This document shows positions 1-8,578 of a stretch of DNA of 55,304 nt, piece after piece. The translations under genes and the position numbers were made by a program. The DNA comes from Actinomycetota bacterium. Its GTDB lineage: Bacteria > Armatimonadota > SYMT01. The notes beneath the pieces were generated by a model that worked only from the letters and a program-made list of their open reading frames with translations, was not told where the DNA came from and did no database searches. The DNA is taken from positions 1 through 55,304 of the forward strand of contig SYMT01000553.1 of assembly GCA_005805375.1 (NCBI GenBank), in the 5' to 3' direction. The stretch's first letter is position 1. Each line of letters starts with the position of its first letter.

Positions 1-151
1 ACTTTCCGGAAAATCCGCTTGACTCTCTTTGGGGTATCTCCGGCGAGATGTCCAAGGGAGGAGATGCTCGCATCGAAGGTTGCGGCAGCGGGACTCGCTG
101 GAGGAACTGGTTATTGTCTGCAATGGCATGGACGACTTGCGCCCCTTACTC

Positions 152-1207
152 CTAACTGTCACCGCCGGACGTTCCGGAAGGGGATTCCGGTCCCGACGAA
201 GCGAGTGCCTCTCCCAACAACAGCGCCAGCCGCGCCTGCATCCGTGCCAGTTCTTCCAGCGCTGCTTCCGCGCGCGCTTTCTCCGCTTCCAGTTGCTGTT
301 CGGCGCTCTCCGCCCGCTGCCGCTCCGCGTCCAACTGCTGTCGCGTGCTCGTCACCTCCTGATGCTCCGCTTCCGCCCGTTGGTGTTCCGCTTCCGCCCG
401 CCGGTATTCCGCCTCCGCCCGGGCGTGGTCCGCCTGGTGGCGCTGGATGCGCCTCCCGTCCGGCTTCACCATCCACACGAAGCCCCGCTCCCCCATCTCG
501 AACCCCACCCCCAACGACCGGCTCCACAACCGCCCGGCCGCGTCCGGGTCCACCTTCCCATACTTTCCCTCCGCCAGCCGATACAGCACCATTCGCCGGC
601 GCTGCGGATCGATTTCCAGGTATTCCTCGACCCGTAGGGTCCGCTCATAGACCCGCTGCTTCGCCTCCAGGTGGACGCGAGTGTTCGAGCCGGACACCAC
701 TTCGCACGCAAAGAGAAGCCGTCCCACCAGCCAGGCCCGGATCACCTGCTCTTCCTTGTCCGGGTTGGCATAGGGCGGTTGTGTGACCAGGATGTCGGCT
801 TCCAGGCAGGCCTCGTCATCCCCCTCCTGGAGATACACGCCCACGGCGCGCTCTACCCCGCAGGTGGGCTGGAGAATCGGGATCGCTTCGTGGAAATAGC
901 TGGTGATGCGGGCGTGTATGGGGCCTTCCACTTCGGATAGATCCTCGCGCAGGGGATACCAGGCGGCGTCCTGGGGGGTGACCCCGGAGGGGCGGAGCGG
1001 CGCGTGGGGATCCCGCTTCCGCCGGAAGAGCGCGTAGGAAACCCCCGCGGCGTGGGTTGTAGGTTCGCTCTCTGCCCGGATCTCGCGCGCGCGGAGTGGC
1101 GCCGCGGCCGGGGGGCTCGGCGGCTCGTGGAGCGGCACGGATGGGGTTACCGGGAGACTGCCCTGGGCGAGCAGATCGGACGCAGCAATGAGGGGGAGCG
1201 CTTCCAT
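152..1207 (-). CDS. Uma2-family (DUF820) PD-(D/E)XK endonuclease with a C-terminal coiled-coil tail
   Basis: ORF 152..1267(-). The core resembles Uma2: EADILV ... FACEVVSGSN ... EAKQRVYER ... VEEYLEIDP ... VLYRLAEGKYG. The C-terminus is a RAEAE-type heptad coiled coil. The ATG at 1207 (MEALPL) is taken as the start; the GTG at 1267 is an alternative. No clear SD precedes either. Confidence 0.7.
   Translation of the reverse strand: MEALPLIAASDLLAQGSLPVTPSVPLHEPPSPPAAAPLRAREIRAESEPTTHAAGVSYALFRRKRDPHAPLRPSGVTPQDAAWYPLREDLSEVEGPIHARITSYFHEAIPILQPTCGVERAVGVYLQEGDDEACLEADILVTQPPYANPDKEEQVIRAWLVGRLLFACEVVSGSNTRVHLEAKQRVYERTLRVEEYLEIDPQRRRMVLYRLAEGKYGKVDPDAAGRLWSRSLGVGFEMGERGFVWMVKPDGRRIQRHQADHARAEAEYRRAEAEHQRAEAEHQEVTSTRQQLDAERQRAESAEQQLEAEKARAEAALEELARMQARLALLLGEALASSGPESPSGTSGGDS
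364..426. repeat. Three tandem 21-bp repeats (plus a degenerate fourth) encoding the RAEAE(H/Y)(Q/R)R heptads of the Uma2 tail
   Basis: The units are gctccgcttccgcccgttggt / gttccgcttccgcccgccggt / attccgcctccgcccgggcgt, read directly from the sequence. They are in frame within the minus-strand CDS. Confidence 0.7.
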
Positions 1208-1357
1208 GTTCGGGAGTGGTCCAGCACGGTGACGAGGCCCGCAGCTGATGATGGCATCATAGCACACGGGGAGGCCCTGCGCAGTTCTTCCTGCCGGTGC
1301 GGCGTCCCCTGAGTCATTGCCGCCACGCCGGCTCTGATGCCAGTCCGGATGGAGACG

Positions 1358-1385
1358 GGGCAGCGGAGATTGACTTCCGCTGCCC
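1358..1385 (-). terminator. GC-rich hairpin downstream of the sugar-isomerase gene (possible terminator, no U-tract)
   Basis: gggcagcgga (1358-1367) pairs perfectly with tccgctgccc (1376-1385) around an 8-nt loop. It lies 9 nt beyond the stop of the 1394..2206(-) CDS. No T-run follows on either strand. Confidence 0.3.
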
Positions 1386-1393
1386 TCCCCGGC

Positions 1394-2206
1394 TCAGGCT
1401 TCTCCCATCACGCCTCGCAGGAAGTCGCGCACCGGCGGAAAGGTCTCCTCGGTGACGTACTCGATCACCAAGGCATCTACGCCCTGGCGGCGGAGCAGCG
1501 CGACGTAATGGGGGTAGTCCAGCTCGCCCTGCCCGGCGGCCGGGTAAACGGGTTTGTCGCCGGAGAGGATCACGTCTTTCGCGTGCCCCTGGAAGATGGC
1601 GGGGCCCACTCGTTCGAACATCTCATCGAGCGTTTCCAGGCCCAGGATGTTCGCCGGGTCAATCATCACCTTCAGGTGGTCCGTGCCGAATTCGTCGAGG
1701 AGAAGCCGGGTGGTGGCGCAGTCCTTCAAGACCTGCGCGCGGCTCGGCTCCAGGCCGATGGCGACGCCGTGCGCCGCCGCGATCGGGAGCAGTTCCGCCA
1801 GCGCGCCCCGGAGGCGATCCCAGGCCGCCTGCGCTGCGGCCGGATCGTCGGGGCGGCGGCCCGACTCGGTGACGAGCACATCGCCACCCATGTCGCGCAT
1901 CATGCGGAGGCGAGCTGCGAAGTAGTCTATATTCGCGCGCCGCTGCGCTTCATTCTCGTCGGTGAGTTCCATGTAGGCGCCCTGCGAGAGAACCTCCACC
2001 CCGGCGTCGGCGAAGGCATCACGGATCCGGCGGCGCACATCGCCGGTGAGCCCGGTGAGGTCCATCGCCGAGCCGTAGCGACAGTAGGACATCCCCTCGA
2101 ACTCCGGGGTGAGCTGTGTGCAGGAGAAGCCGGCGGCGCGCAGCCTGTGCGCGGCTTCCTCGACGGGGTGGCGCCGGAAGACGCCGGACATGATTCCGAG
2201 TTTCAT
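1394..2206 (-). CDS. Sugar phosphate isomerase/epimerase (xylose-isomerase-like TIM barrel)
   Basis: The internal ATG at 2206 (MKLGIMSGVF) lies within ORF 1394..2392(-). The sequence has typical AP-endonuclease-2/TIM-barrel features (GFSCTQL, IGLEP, HLKVMIDPANI, HAKD). The upstream part of the ORF is Arg/Pro-rich and non-coding-like. A GAGGA SD lies upstream. Confidence 0.85.
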   Translation of the reverse strand: MKLGIMSGVFRRHPVEEAAHRLRAAGFSCTQLTPEFEGMSYCRYGSAMDLTGLTGDVRRRIRDAFADAGVEVLSQGAYMELTDENEAQRRANIDYFAARLRMMRDMGGDVLVTESGRRPDDPAAAQAAWDRLRGALAELLPIAAAHGVAIGLEPSRAQVLKDCATTRLLLDEFGTDHLKVMIDPANILGLETLDEMFERVGPAIFQGHAKDVILSGDKPVYPAAGQGELDYPHYVALLRRQGVDALVIEYVTEETFPPVRDFLRGVMGEA

Positions 2207-2223
2207 GGGGTGGTGGGGGTTCC

Positions 2224-3267
2224 TCAGGGGACCAGGATGACGCCGAGAGCCTGGTCGGGGTGTTCGATGAGCAGGTCGCAGGCGGCCGGGCCGTCGGTGA
2301 GCGGCACCCGGTGCGTGATGAGGCAGTCGGCGCGCAGCCGGCCGAGCGCGATGAACCGGAGGCATTCCTCCACGTTTCGCCGGGTGGTCCACTGCACGAA
2401 GACCGGTGCGTAGTCGGCGCCGTGCTCCCAGGCGTCGTCGTGGTAGCCCGGGCCGGGCCGCGCGCTGGAGCGGACGTCCACATTGCCGAGTCCGGCCGCG
2501 AAGAGGTGTTCAATCCGCGCGCCGCCGACAACGACTACGCGGCCCATCTTGTGCGTGTCGGGCGCCTGCTTCAAAATCTGGTGGAGCGCCTTCAACGCCG
2601 GCGTGCCATCGCCGCCGAAGGCGATCACACCGCCGTCGAAGCCGTAGCCGCAGCTCAGGTCCCGGGCGCGGGCCGCGAAGTCCGCTGCGTCCGGCGAGAT
2701 GGTTCCTTCTGCATGGCCGGTTGCCGCCAGCGCATCGCGCCGAATCGGGAAGCGATCCACTCCAAGCACGTGGGCGCCCGCCAGCGCTGCGAACTGTGAG
2801 GCAAAGTGCCCCACGATGCCGAGGCCCATCACGGCAACATGCTCTCCCAGCGTGAATTCCCCGCGCCGGATGGCGTGGAGGCCGGTGGCGGCGAGGTGGT
2901 TGGTGGCTGCCGCCTCGAAGGTGACGGCGTCGGGAATCGGCACCGCCAGATTGCGGGGCACGACTGCGTGGGTCGCATGCAGCGCGAAACCGCCTCCCAT
3001 ACACGCCACGCGCGTTCCGACCTCAAGGTCCTCGCACCCTGGGCCCAGGGCGGAAATCACACCCGCATTGCTGTAGCCGAAGGTGCGGGGCGCCGCCGCG
3101 GGATTCGGTTCCCGCCGCCGCCCCGGCACGCTGCCCAGTTCGGTCCCCGGGCTGATGCAGCACGCCCGCACCGTAACGAGCACCTGTCCCCGCGCCGGTT
3201 CGGGAACCGGTTGATCTTCCACTGTGATGCGGCCGGCACCGTCCAGCATCAGTACCTGTCGTACCAT
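2224..3267 (-). CDS. Zinc-type medium-chain alcohol/polyol dehydrogenase (MDR family)
   Basis: The 347-aa product has a GroES-like N-terminus (GQVLVTVRACCISPGTE) and a Rossmann segment VAVMGLGIVGHFASQFAALAGA. The ATG at 3267 has an AAGGA SD. Confidence 0.85.
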   Translation of the reverse strand: MVRQVLMLDGAGRITVEDQPVPEPARGQVLVTVRACCISPGTELGSVPGRRREPNPAAAPRTFGYSNAGVISALGPGCEDLEVGTRVACMGGGFALHATHAVVPRNLAVPIPDAVTFEAAATNHLAATGLHAIRRGEFTLGEHVAVMGLGIVGHFASQFAALAGAHVLGVDRFPIRRDALAATGHAEGTISPDAADFAARARDLSCGYGFDGGVIAFGGDGTPALKALHQILKQAPDTHKMGRVVVVGGARIEHLFAAGLGNVDVRSSARPGPGYHDDAWEHGADYAPVFVQWTTRRNVEECLRFIALGRLRADCLITHRVPLTDGPAACDLLIEHPDQALGVILVP

Positions 3268-4970
3268 TTCATCCTTTCTGACTCCGGAAATCGGAGGAGG
3301 CTTCGCGCAATCAACACGGGGGAGGACGCCCGCCGTCGCGTGGCGTCGGTTCCCGCCGCGTCCTTTCCGTCCTTCAAAGCCGGCGCCGGATTGGCAAGCC
3401 GCAGCGTCGGCAACGTGGTGTCGCGGCCCGCGCTGACCGTCGCCTCGATCTCGCCTTCCACACGGGGAGCGGGAGAGGCAACCGGATCGAACCGGAATAG
3501 GCGAAGCACACGGTAGACGCCCGGGCGCACGTGTTCCAGGCGCGCGCGCCCCTGCGAATCGGTCACCACATCCATCCAGCGGCGTCCTCCCCAGCCGTCC
3601 GCCGTCCGTGGAGCAAGACTGATGCCGACTTCTCCCTCCACCGCCTTCCCCGCTGCGTCCTGCACGGCGAAGACCACCGCCCCGCCCTTCTCATCGTAGA
3701 GCGCCCGGCGGTCGGAGCGGCTGCCGGCAGTTTCCATCTCGGGGAGCGCAAGCCCGGAAAACTGGAACGGCACTGTGCGCCCCGGTTCAGACCGCGCCAT
3801 CAGGTCGTAGACCAGCCGCGCCGGGTCCTCCGAGAGCCCTTCGAAGCGCAGCGACTGCTCGGCCACCCGAAGGCCTTCCACCACGCGAACGCGGGTCGGT
3901 ATGGGCGAATAGTCCCGAATTACATTGCCTTGCCGATCCACCAGGTATGGAACGGGCGCGCGGCTCACACCGCGCCCGACCAGGTTCATCGCGGGCTGCC
4001 ACGCGAGACGGGCATCCACATACACTACATTGCCCTGACGGCGCCAGCGAGACAGGCGCGCTTCCACTCCGCCCTGACTTTGCGCAGGGAGTGACCGGGC
4101 CTCACCTCCAGGAGCCTCCAACGGGAACTCCAGGTGGACCGGACTCACGCGGGAATAGAGAAGCAGGCTCCCCTGCACCGAGCGCAGGCGCACCGCCCGC
4201 TGATCCCGCAGACGCAAAAAGACCGTCTGTGCGAACTCGAGCAACCGGCCGCGCGTGGCCGAACTGGACCGGACGCCCTCCAAATCCTGCGCTTCCAACG
4301 TCCGCCCAAAGTTGTCCACCGCGCGGAACTCCGGTCCCAGACCGACCACGGCCTCCGCCGCGGTCTCGTCCGGCGCGTAGCACCGGAGCGTCGCGCGAAT
4401 CTGGCCGTCCTCACTCGCCGGTGCGATGGACGCCATCCGCACGCGATACTCGCCCGCCCGCGTCTCCGGATCCGACCGGTTGGACCGTTCGACCACCTGG
4501 AACCCCGTCGCATCTATGCTGTAGAACTCGCACCCGTAGGCCGTCCCCAACTCGTCGAGGACGCGTCCCAGCGGGGTATCCTTCCAGTCGAAATCCCGGC
4601 GGAGTCCCTCCGTTTCCCGCCCGACCACGAGGCGAAACTGGTAGCCCAACAGCGGGGCCAGCCGTTCTGTCACGTCGTTGAGGGTGCTCTGCCGAAAACG
4701 CGCAGTGATGGACTGAGCTTGGGAGGGGATTGAAGCCAGTGACAGCCAGACAGCGAGCACAACGGCGAGCAGCGGACGGCGAGCGGCGCAGGTTTCGTGG
4801 ATGACAGGACTGCTGGGTTCCGCCGGCTCGAGCTCGGCAACAGGTGCGCGGCGAGCGACAAACGGCGAATGGCGAGAGTAACGGGTTCCGCGGATTGCAG
4901 GATTGGAGAGTTCCGTCGCCTGGAATCCGACCACTCTCGAAATCCGGCACCCCGGTCTCCTAGTGCCCAC
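3249..4970 (-). CDS. Secreted or membrane-anchored hypothetical protein with a C-terminal carboxypeptidase-regulatory-like (Ig-like) domain
   Basis: A hydrophobic segment RRPLLAVVLAVWLSLASIPSQAQS is present. The C-terminus reads GEVGISLAPRTADGWGGRRWMDVVTDSQGRARLEHVRPGVYRV (CarboxypepD_reg-like). The start is placed at GTG 4970, which is preceded by GGAGG with a 6-nt spacing. The longest ORF runs to 5120, so the start is uncertain. Confidence 0.55.
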   Translation of the reverse strand: MGTRRPGCRISRVVGFQATELSNPAIRGTRYSRHSPFVARRAPVAELEPAEPSSPVIHETCAARRPLLAVVLAVWLSLASIPSQAQSITARFRQSTLNDVTERLAPLLGYQFRLVVGRETEGLRRDFDWKDTPLGRVLDELGTAYGCEFYSIDATGFQVVERSNRSDPETRAGEYRVRMASIAPASEDGQIRATLRCYAPDETAAEAVVGLGPEFRAVDNFGRTLEAQDLEGVRSSSATRGRLLEFAQTVFLRLRDQRAVRLRSVQGSLLLYSRVSPVHLEFPLEAPGGEARSLPAQSQGGVEARLSRWRRQGNVVYVDARLAWQPAMNLVGRGVSRAPVPYLVDRQGNVIRDYSPIPTRVRVVEGLRVAEQSLRFEGLSEDPARLVYDLMARSEPGRTVPFQFSGLALPEMETAGSRSDRRALYDEKGGAVVFAVQDAAGKAVEGEVGISLAPRTADGWGGRRWMDVVTDSQGRARLEHVRPGVYRVLRLFRFDPVASPAPRVEGEIEATVSAGRDTTLPTLRLANPAPALKDGKDAAGTDATRRRASSPVLIARSLLRFPESERMKWYDRY

Positions 4971-5172
4971 TTCGCACCTCCTATTTCCTACCTGCCGCTT
5001 GCCGGGACGCCACGAAGGACCACTTACTGCGCCCAGCGGGCACTCCCGTTTGGGCGGGCCAGGCATGCTGGTCGCTGTTCGCATCGAAAAATCGCGTGCT
5101 CCCGGGCGTAGCTCGGGCAAGGCGTGCTGTTCGCCGGTCGCCTTTCGTCAGTCGCCGTTCGGCATTCGCTGT

Positions 5173-6243
5173 TCATCGTTCGCCCAGCGCTCGCTCGTAA
5201 CAATTCAGTGTACCGTCAATCATTGCCTGCACGCTGAACCTGGTGGAAATCCAGTCATGGGCGGCGGCGCCGAAACGCTCCCGGAGCGCGGCATCGCCGG
5301 CGAGGGTTTGGAGACGATCCGCCAGTGCCGCCGCATCCCGGATCGGAACCAGGAAGCCGGTCTCACCCTCCCGCACAATCTCCGGGGCGCCCGAAAGGCG
5401 GGTGCCGACGCACGGGCGGCGCAGCAGTCCCCCCTCCAGCAGGGCGCGCGGCAGTCCTTCGCCCCCGATTGACGGCAGCGCCACGATGTCCATCGCCGCA
5501 TAGAACGGGAGTACGTCCGCGTGAAACCCGCAGAACTGCACGCGACTGCTCAGGCCGAGGCTCTCCGCCTGAAGTTCCAGGGGTTCGCGCTGGCCCCCCT
5601 CGCCCAGGAACAGGGCCACGGCGTCGGGGCACTGCGCCGCCAACTGCCGAAACGCCTCGAGGAAGACGGCATGCCCCTTCTTCTCGGTGAGATGGGCAAC
5701 GACTCCCACGACCAGTGCATCGAGCGGAAGCCCGAGGCGCACGCGGGCCTCCTCTCGTGTGCAGGGCAGGTAGTACCGGGCCGGATCCACGCCGTTGTAG
5801 ACCACGTCCACCCGTTCGCCGGAGAGGCCCTGCCGCACCAGGTGATCCCGCACGGCGTGGGACACCGCGATAACCCGCGTGGCGAAGCGGTAGCAGAGAG
5901 CGCTGTTCAGCGCGCGCACGTGAGCGATGCTGGGAATGTGGAGGAGACGCCCCGCCAGGGTGGCATGTACCGCTGCGCTGCTCAACTGGCTGTGGAGCAC
6001 TTCGGCTCCGAAGTCTCGGGCAAACCCAGCGAGGCGAAACGGCGCCAGGAGATTCCCTTTGCCGGAGATCCGCAGCGAGTGGACGTCCAGCCCTGCGGCG
6101 CGCATGGCTTCGATCAATGGGCTGCCGGCCTTGCAACCGATACGCACCCGATGACCGGCGCGCTGCAAATGCTCGCAGAGGCCCATCGTGGAACGCTCCG
6201 CGCCGGAGATGCGCGATGGGGTGATGACCTGGCAGATATTCAT
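5173..6243 (-). CDS. GT4-family (GT-B) glycosyltransferase
   Basis: The internal ATG at 6243 (MNICQVITPSRISGAERS) is used. The C-terminal GT1/GT4 motif reads PSIGGEGLPRALLEGGLLRRPCVGTRLSGAPEIVREGETGFLV. The start overlaps the MFS stop (ATGA, 6240-6243). Confidence 0.85.
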   Translation of the reverse strand: MNICQVITPSRISGAERSTMGLCEHLQRAGHRVRIGCKAGSPLIEAMRAAGLDVHSLRISGKGNLLAPFRLAGFARDFGAEVLHSQLSSAAVHATLAGRLLHIPSIAHVRALNSALCYRFATRVIAVSHAVRDHLVRQGLSGERVDVVYNGVDPARYYLPCTREEARVRLGLPLDALVVGVVAHLTEKKGHAVFLEAFRQLAAQCPDAVALFLGEGGQREPLELQAESLGLSSRVQFCGFHADVLPFYAAMDIVALPSIGGEGLPRALLEGGLLRRPCVGTRLSGAPEIVREGETGFLVPIRDAAALADRLQTLAGDAALRERFGAAAHDWISTRFSVQAMIDGTLNCYERALGER

Positions 6244-7529
6244 GCGGGACGCGGCGTTCGCGGGACCGACCGGACGACGTACAGCGCGCACGGCACCGCC
6301 ACCGCGCACCCGGCCGCGCAAATGAGGAACGCGAGCGTACCGGGGTGTGCCAGCATTGCCATCCGTGAACCCATGAACGTCCCGCTCAGGAAGCCCGCGC
6401 TCCAGAAAGCGTGCGTGATTCCGAGGAGGCGACCTTTTGTTTCCTCGGTGGAGAGTGCCTGGATGAGCGTCGTCATCGTGATGGAGAGTGACCAGGCTGC
6501 GCCCGCTCCCAACAACCCGAAGCCCACGAGCGCCCACGGGGTGCGGGCAAACAGGCCCTGCCCCAGCGCCGCAAGCGTGACCACCGACATGGCGATGACC
6601 ACCGGGCGGTGCGGTCCGATCTTGTCCACGAGCCGCCCCGCGCCGAGTTGGCACACGGCCGCGAGCAGATTGCTCACTGCGGTGTACGTGCCCGCGAGCT
6701 TCTCATCGCCCGTGAGCCGGAACAACAGCAGGTTCAGCAGGAAGGTGACGCAGCCCCAATAAAACGTCGGTAGAAACCGCAGCGCAAGCAGCGCCTGCAC
6801 CTCCCGGCGCCGCCAGAGCTCTCCATAGCCGCCGGTGAATGCCTCCACCCCGCGCGCTGTCGCCGGCCTCGGCAGCGCCGGGAGCCAGAGGGCCGCGGCC
6901 CCGATCAGCGCGACCTCGCCGAGCACGATCCCCTGCCCGATCAGCGCGTAGGCTCCTCCCGTCTCGGCCGCGATCCACGCCGCGGCCCAACTCCCGGCAG
7001 CGTTGCCCACCGTCCCGGTGAGGAAGTAGCACGCGGTAGCGATGGCGAGCGAGCGACGGGGCACCGAATCCATCAGGTAGGACTGCCCGGCGACGGCTCC
7101 GAGCCCGAACATCAGGCCGCCGAAGACCGCCAACGCCGTCATCACCGCCTGGCTGGCAGTCAGGAAGAGGAGTCCACCGGCAAGCACTCCCGTCATCGCG
7201 ATCAAGTAGGCGGGTTTCCGTCCGAGGAAGTCACACAGCGCTCCACCGGGCAGCGCCCCCAGTCCGCCGAACACGACAAACAGGACGCGCACGTTGCCCG
7301 ATACGAGGGGAGTCTGATGGAGCACCTTCTCGACGTAGATCGGGTAGAGCGCGATGATCGGCGCCACCAGGATGCCGCTGACGATCTGGAAGGCGAAGAA
7401 CAGCAGCAGGCGAGAGGAGGTCAGGTCGCGGTACCAGGCCCGCCCTTCTCCGGTCGGTGCAGTCGCCGGCACCTCTTTCGGATCAGTGCGTGAGCGTCGC
7501 GATCCGCCGCTGCCGTCAGGACGCCTCAA
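6240..7529 (-). CDS. MFS transporter
   Basis: The product is about 12 hydrophobic helices and has the DFLGRKP loop motif. The longest start, TTG 7529, overlaps the upstream stop (7526-7528). GTG 7472 is an alternative start. Confidence 0.85.
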   Translation of the reverse strand: MRRPDGSGGSRRSRTDPKEVPATAPTGEGRAWYRDLTSSRLLLFFAFQIVSGILVAPIIALYPIYVEKVLHQTPLVSGNVRVLFVVFGGLGALPGGALCDFLGRKPAYLIAMTGVLAGGLLFLTASQAVMTALAVFGGLMFGLGAVAGQSYLMDSVPRRSLAIATACYFLTGTVGNAAGSWAAAWIAAETGGAYALIGQGIVLGEVALIGAAALWLPALPRPATARGVEAFTGGYGELWRRREVQALLALRFLPTFYWGCVTFLLNLLLFRLTGDEKLAGTYTAVSNLLAAVCQLGAGRLVDKIGPHRPVVIAMSVVTLAALGQGLFARTPWALVGFGLLGAGAAWSLSITMTTLIQALSTEETKGRLLGITHAFWSAGFLSGTFMGSRMAMLAHPGTLAFLICAAGCAVAVPCALYVVRSVPRTPRPA

Positions 7530-8212
7530 GGGGATGCCTCCGGGGCGTAGTCTGCGATTCCGCGCGGCCCGCTTTCCGTGCTGCCCGCGCGGAGCGGTGC
7601 GCTCGCGCCTCCGCGGGACACGCGGTGCGACGTGGATGAGGCACCGGGGTGCTCACCGGCGACGTAGGACGGAGCGCCTTCCTGCGGGCGCAGGTCGCGA
7701 GGCGCCGCCGCCGGACCACTTCCATCATCCGGCGGACGGCTCGCGGGCGCACGCGGGTCAGATGGCGGCTCCGGGTCGCGGCTTCCGGGGTTCGGGCGGA
7801 TCTGGCGGGCCACGCGGGACAATGGATGTCCCTTGGCTGCCAGTTCCAGGGTGTTGAACCAGCCGAAGGGCGTGCGCTGCGCCTGCAGGTTCCGCTCGCG
7901 GAGGCGCGCCACGGTGAGATCGAGGAGCGGCACCGCGTCCTCGGGCCGCGCCAGTTCTGCGAAGAGATGGGCGAAGCTGTGCAGCAACACACCCCGCGCC
8001 CCGACCCGTGCGGCCAGGTCAGCCAGTTCCGCCGCAGCCCGTTCCGCCACCTCTTCGGGTGCGACCTCGTCCCCCTTTTCGACGCTGACGAGAACCAGCA
8101 GTCCTTCCCCAAACTCGGTCACTCGTTCTTGAAACGGCTCCCGCAGCGGCGAGCGTCCCTTCTGGGTGATCTCGCTCCGGAACCGGTCCACGTGCAGCAC
8201 CAGGAAACGCAT
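7526..8212 (-). CDS. Freestanding archaeal-type threonyl-tRNA synthetase editing-domain protein (tRNA-Thr_ED / DTD-like fold) with a roughly 95-aa disordered Pro/Arg/Ser-rich tail
   Basis: From the ATG at 8212 the sequence is MRFLVLHVDRFRSEI...LLVLVSVEKGDEVAPEEV...HSFAHLFAELARPEDAVPLL...TPFGWFNTLELAAKGHPLSRVARQIRP. From memory, this aligns motif for motif with the N-terminal editing domain of Pyrococcus ThrRS (MR.LLIH.D, SVEK.DE..PEEV, FAHLS.ELA.P, PFG, KGHPL). Confidence 0.75.
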   Translation of the reverse strand: MRFLVLHVDRFRSEITQKGRSPLREPFQERVTEFGEGLLVLVSVEKGDEVAPEEVAERAAAELADLAARVGARGVLLHSFAHLFAELARPEDAVPLLDLTVARLRERNLQAQRTPFGWFNTLELAAKGHPLSRVARQIRPNPGSRDPEPPSDPRAPASRPPDDGSGPAAAPRDLRPQEGAPSYVAGEHPGASSTSHRVSRGGASAPLRAGSTESGPRGIADYAPEASP

Positions 8213-8314
8213 CCTGTTCAGGTCCTTCCGCCCGGGCGCGTCCGGGTCAGGCAACTTCTCCTAAAGGATGTAACGTTGTACGGACCGATGAGCAGTCCCC
8301 GGGCGTCAGGGACA

Positions 8315-8553
8315 GGTTTCCAGGGTTCCACAGTTCCGGGGCTCGCCGCCTGGAGACCTGAAACCCTCAAACCCTGGAAACCCGGACACTGCACTTGCGG
8401 TACAATTCCCCGCGCCACCAGCGACAGGTTTCCGGTCTTGCGCGGCCCAGGAAGCGGGCAACCTCGAACGGTCGAACCCTGGACCCCGAGAAACCTGGAA
8501 ACCTGGGAAACCCAGAACCCTACGAAACCCAGAACCCCGCGAAACCGGAAACC
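8315..8553. repeat. GGAAACC / GGTTTCC short-repeat array in the divergent intergenic region
   Basis: A 13-bp perfect inverted repeat pairs ggtttccagggtt (8315-8327) with aaccctggaaacc (8370-8382). A second aggtttcc at 8427-8434 faces ggaaacct copies. At least 6 direct GAAACC copies lie between 8490 and 8553, immediately upstream of the ATG at 8579. Confidence 0.7.
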
Positions 8554-8578
8554 CGGCTGCGATCGAACCCTCCCTGCT

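Noticed and set aside
8315-8553. The GAAACC repeat cluster considered as a CRISPR array or a minisatellite.
   Set aside because: The units are only 6-8 nt, irregularly spaced, and have no spacer-like unique segments of 25-40 nt. No cas genes are nearby. The cluster is kept only as a possible regulatory or structural repeat.
7649-8578. N-terminal extensions of listed ORFs, which would make much larger proteins. Examples are 7649..10627, 20160..21491, 28086..31265, 39177..41900, 5173..6654, 22154..23635 and 1394..2392.
   Set aside because: The extensions are low-complexity and Arg/Pro-rich, overlap neighbouring genes or intergenic repeats, and precede internal ATG/GTG codons. Those internal codons have SD sequences and canonical family N-termini (signal peptides, Rossmann folds, MCGIA and so on).
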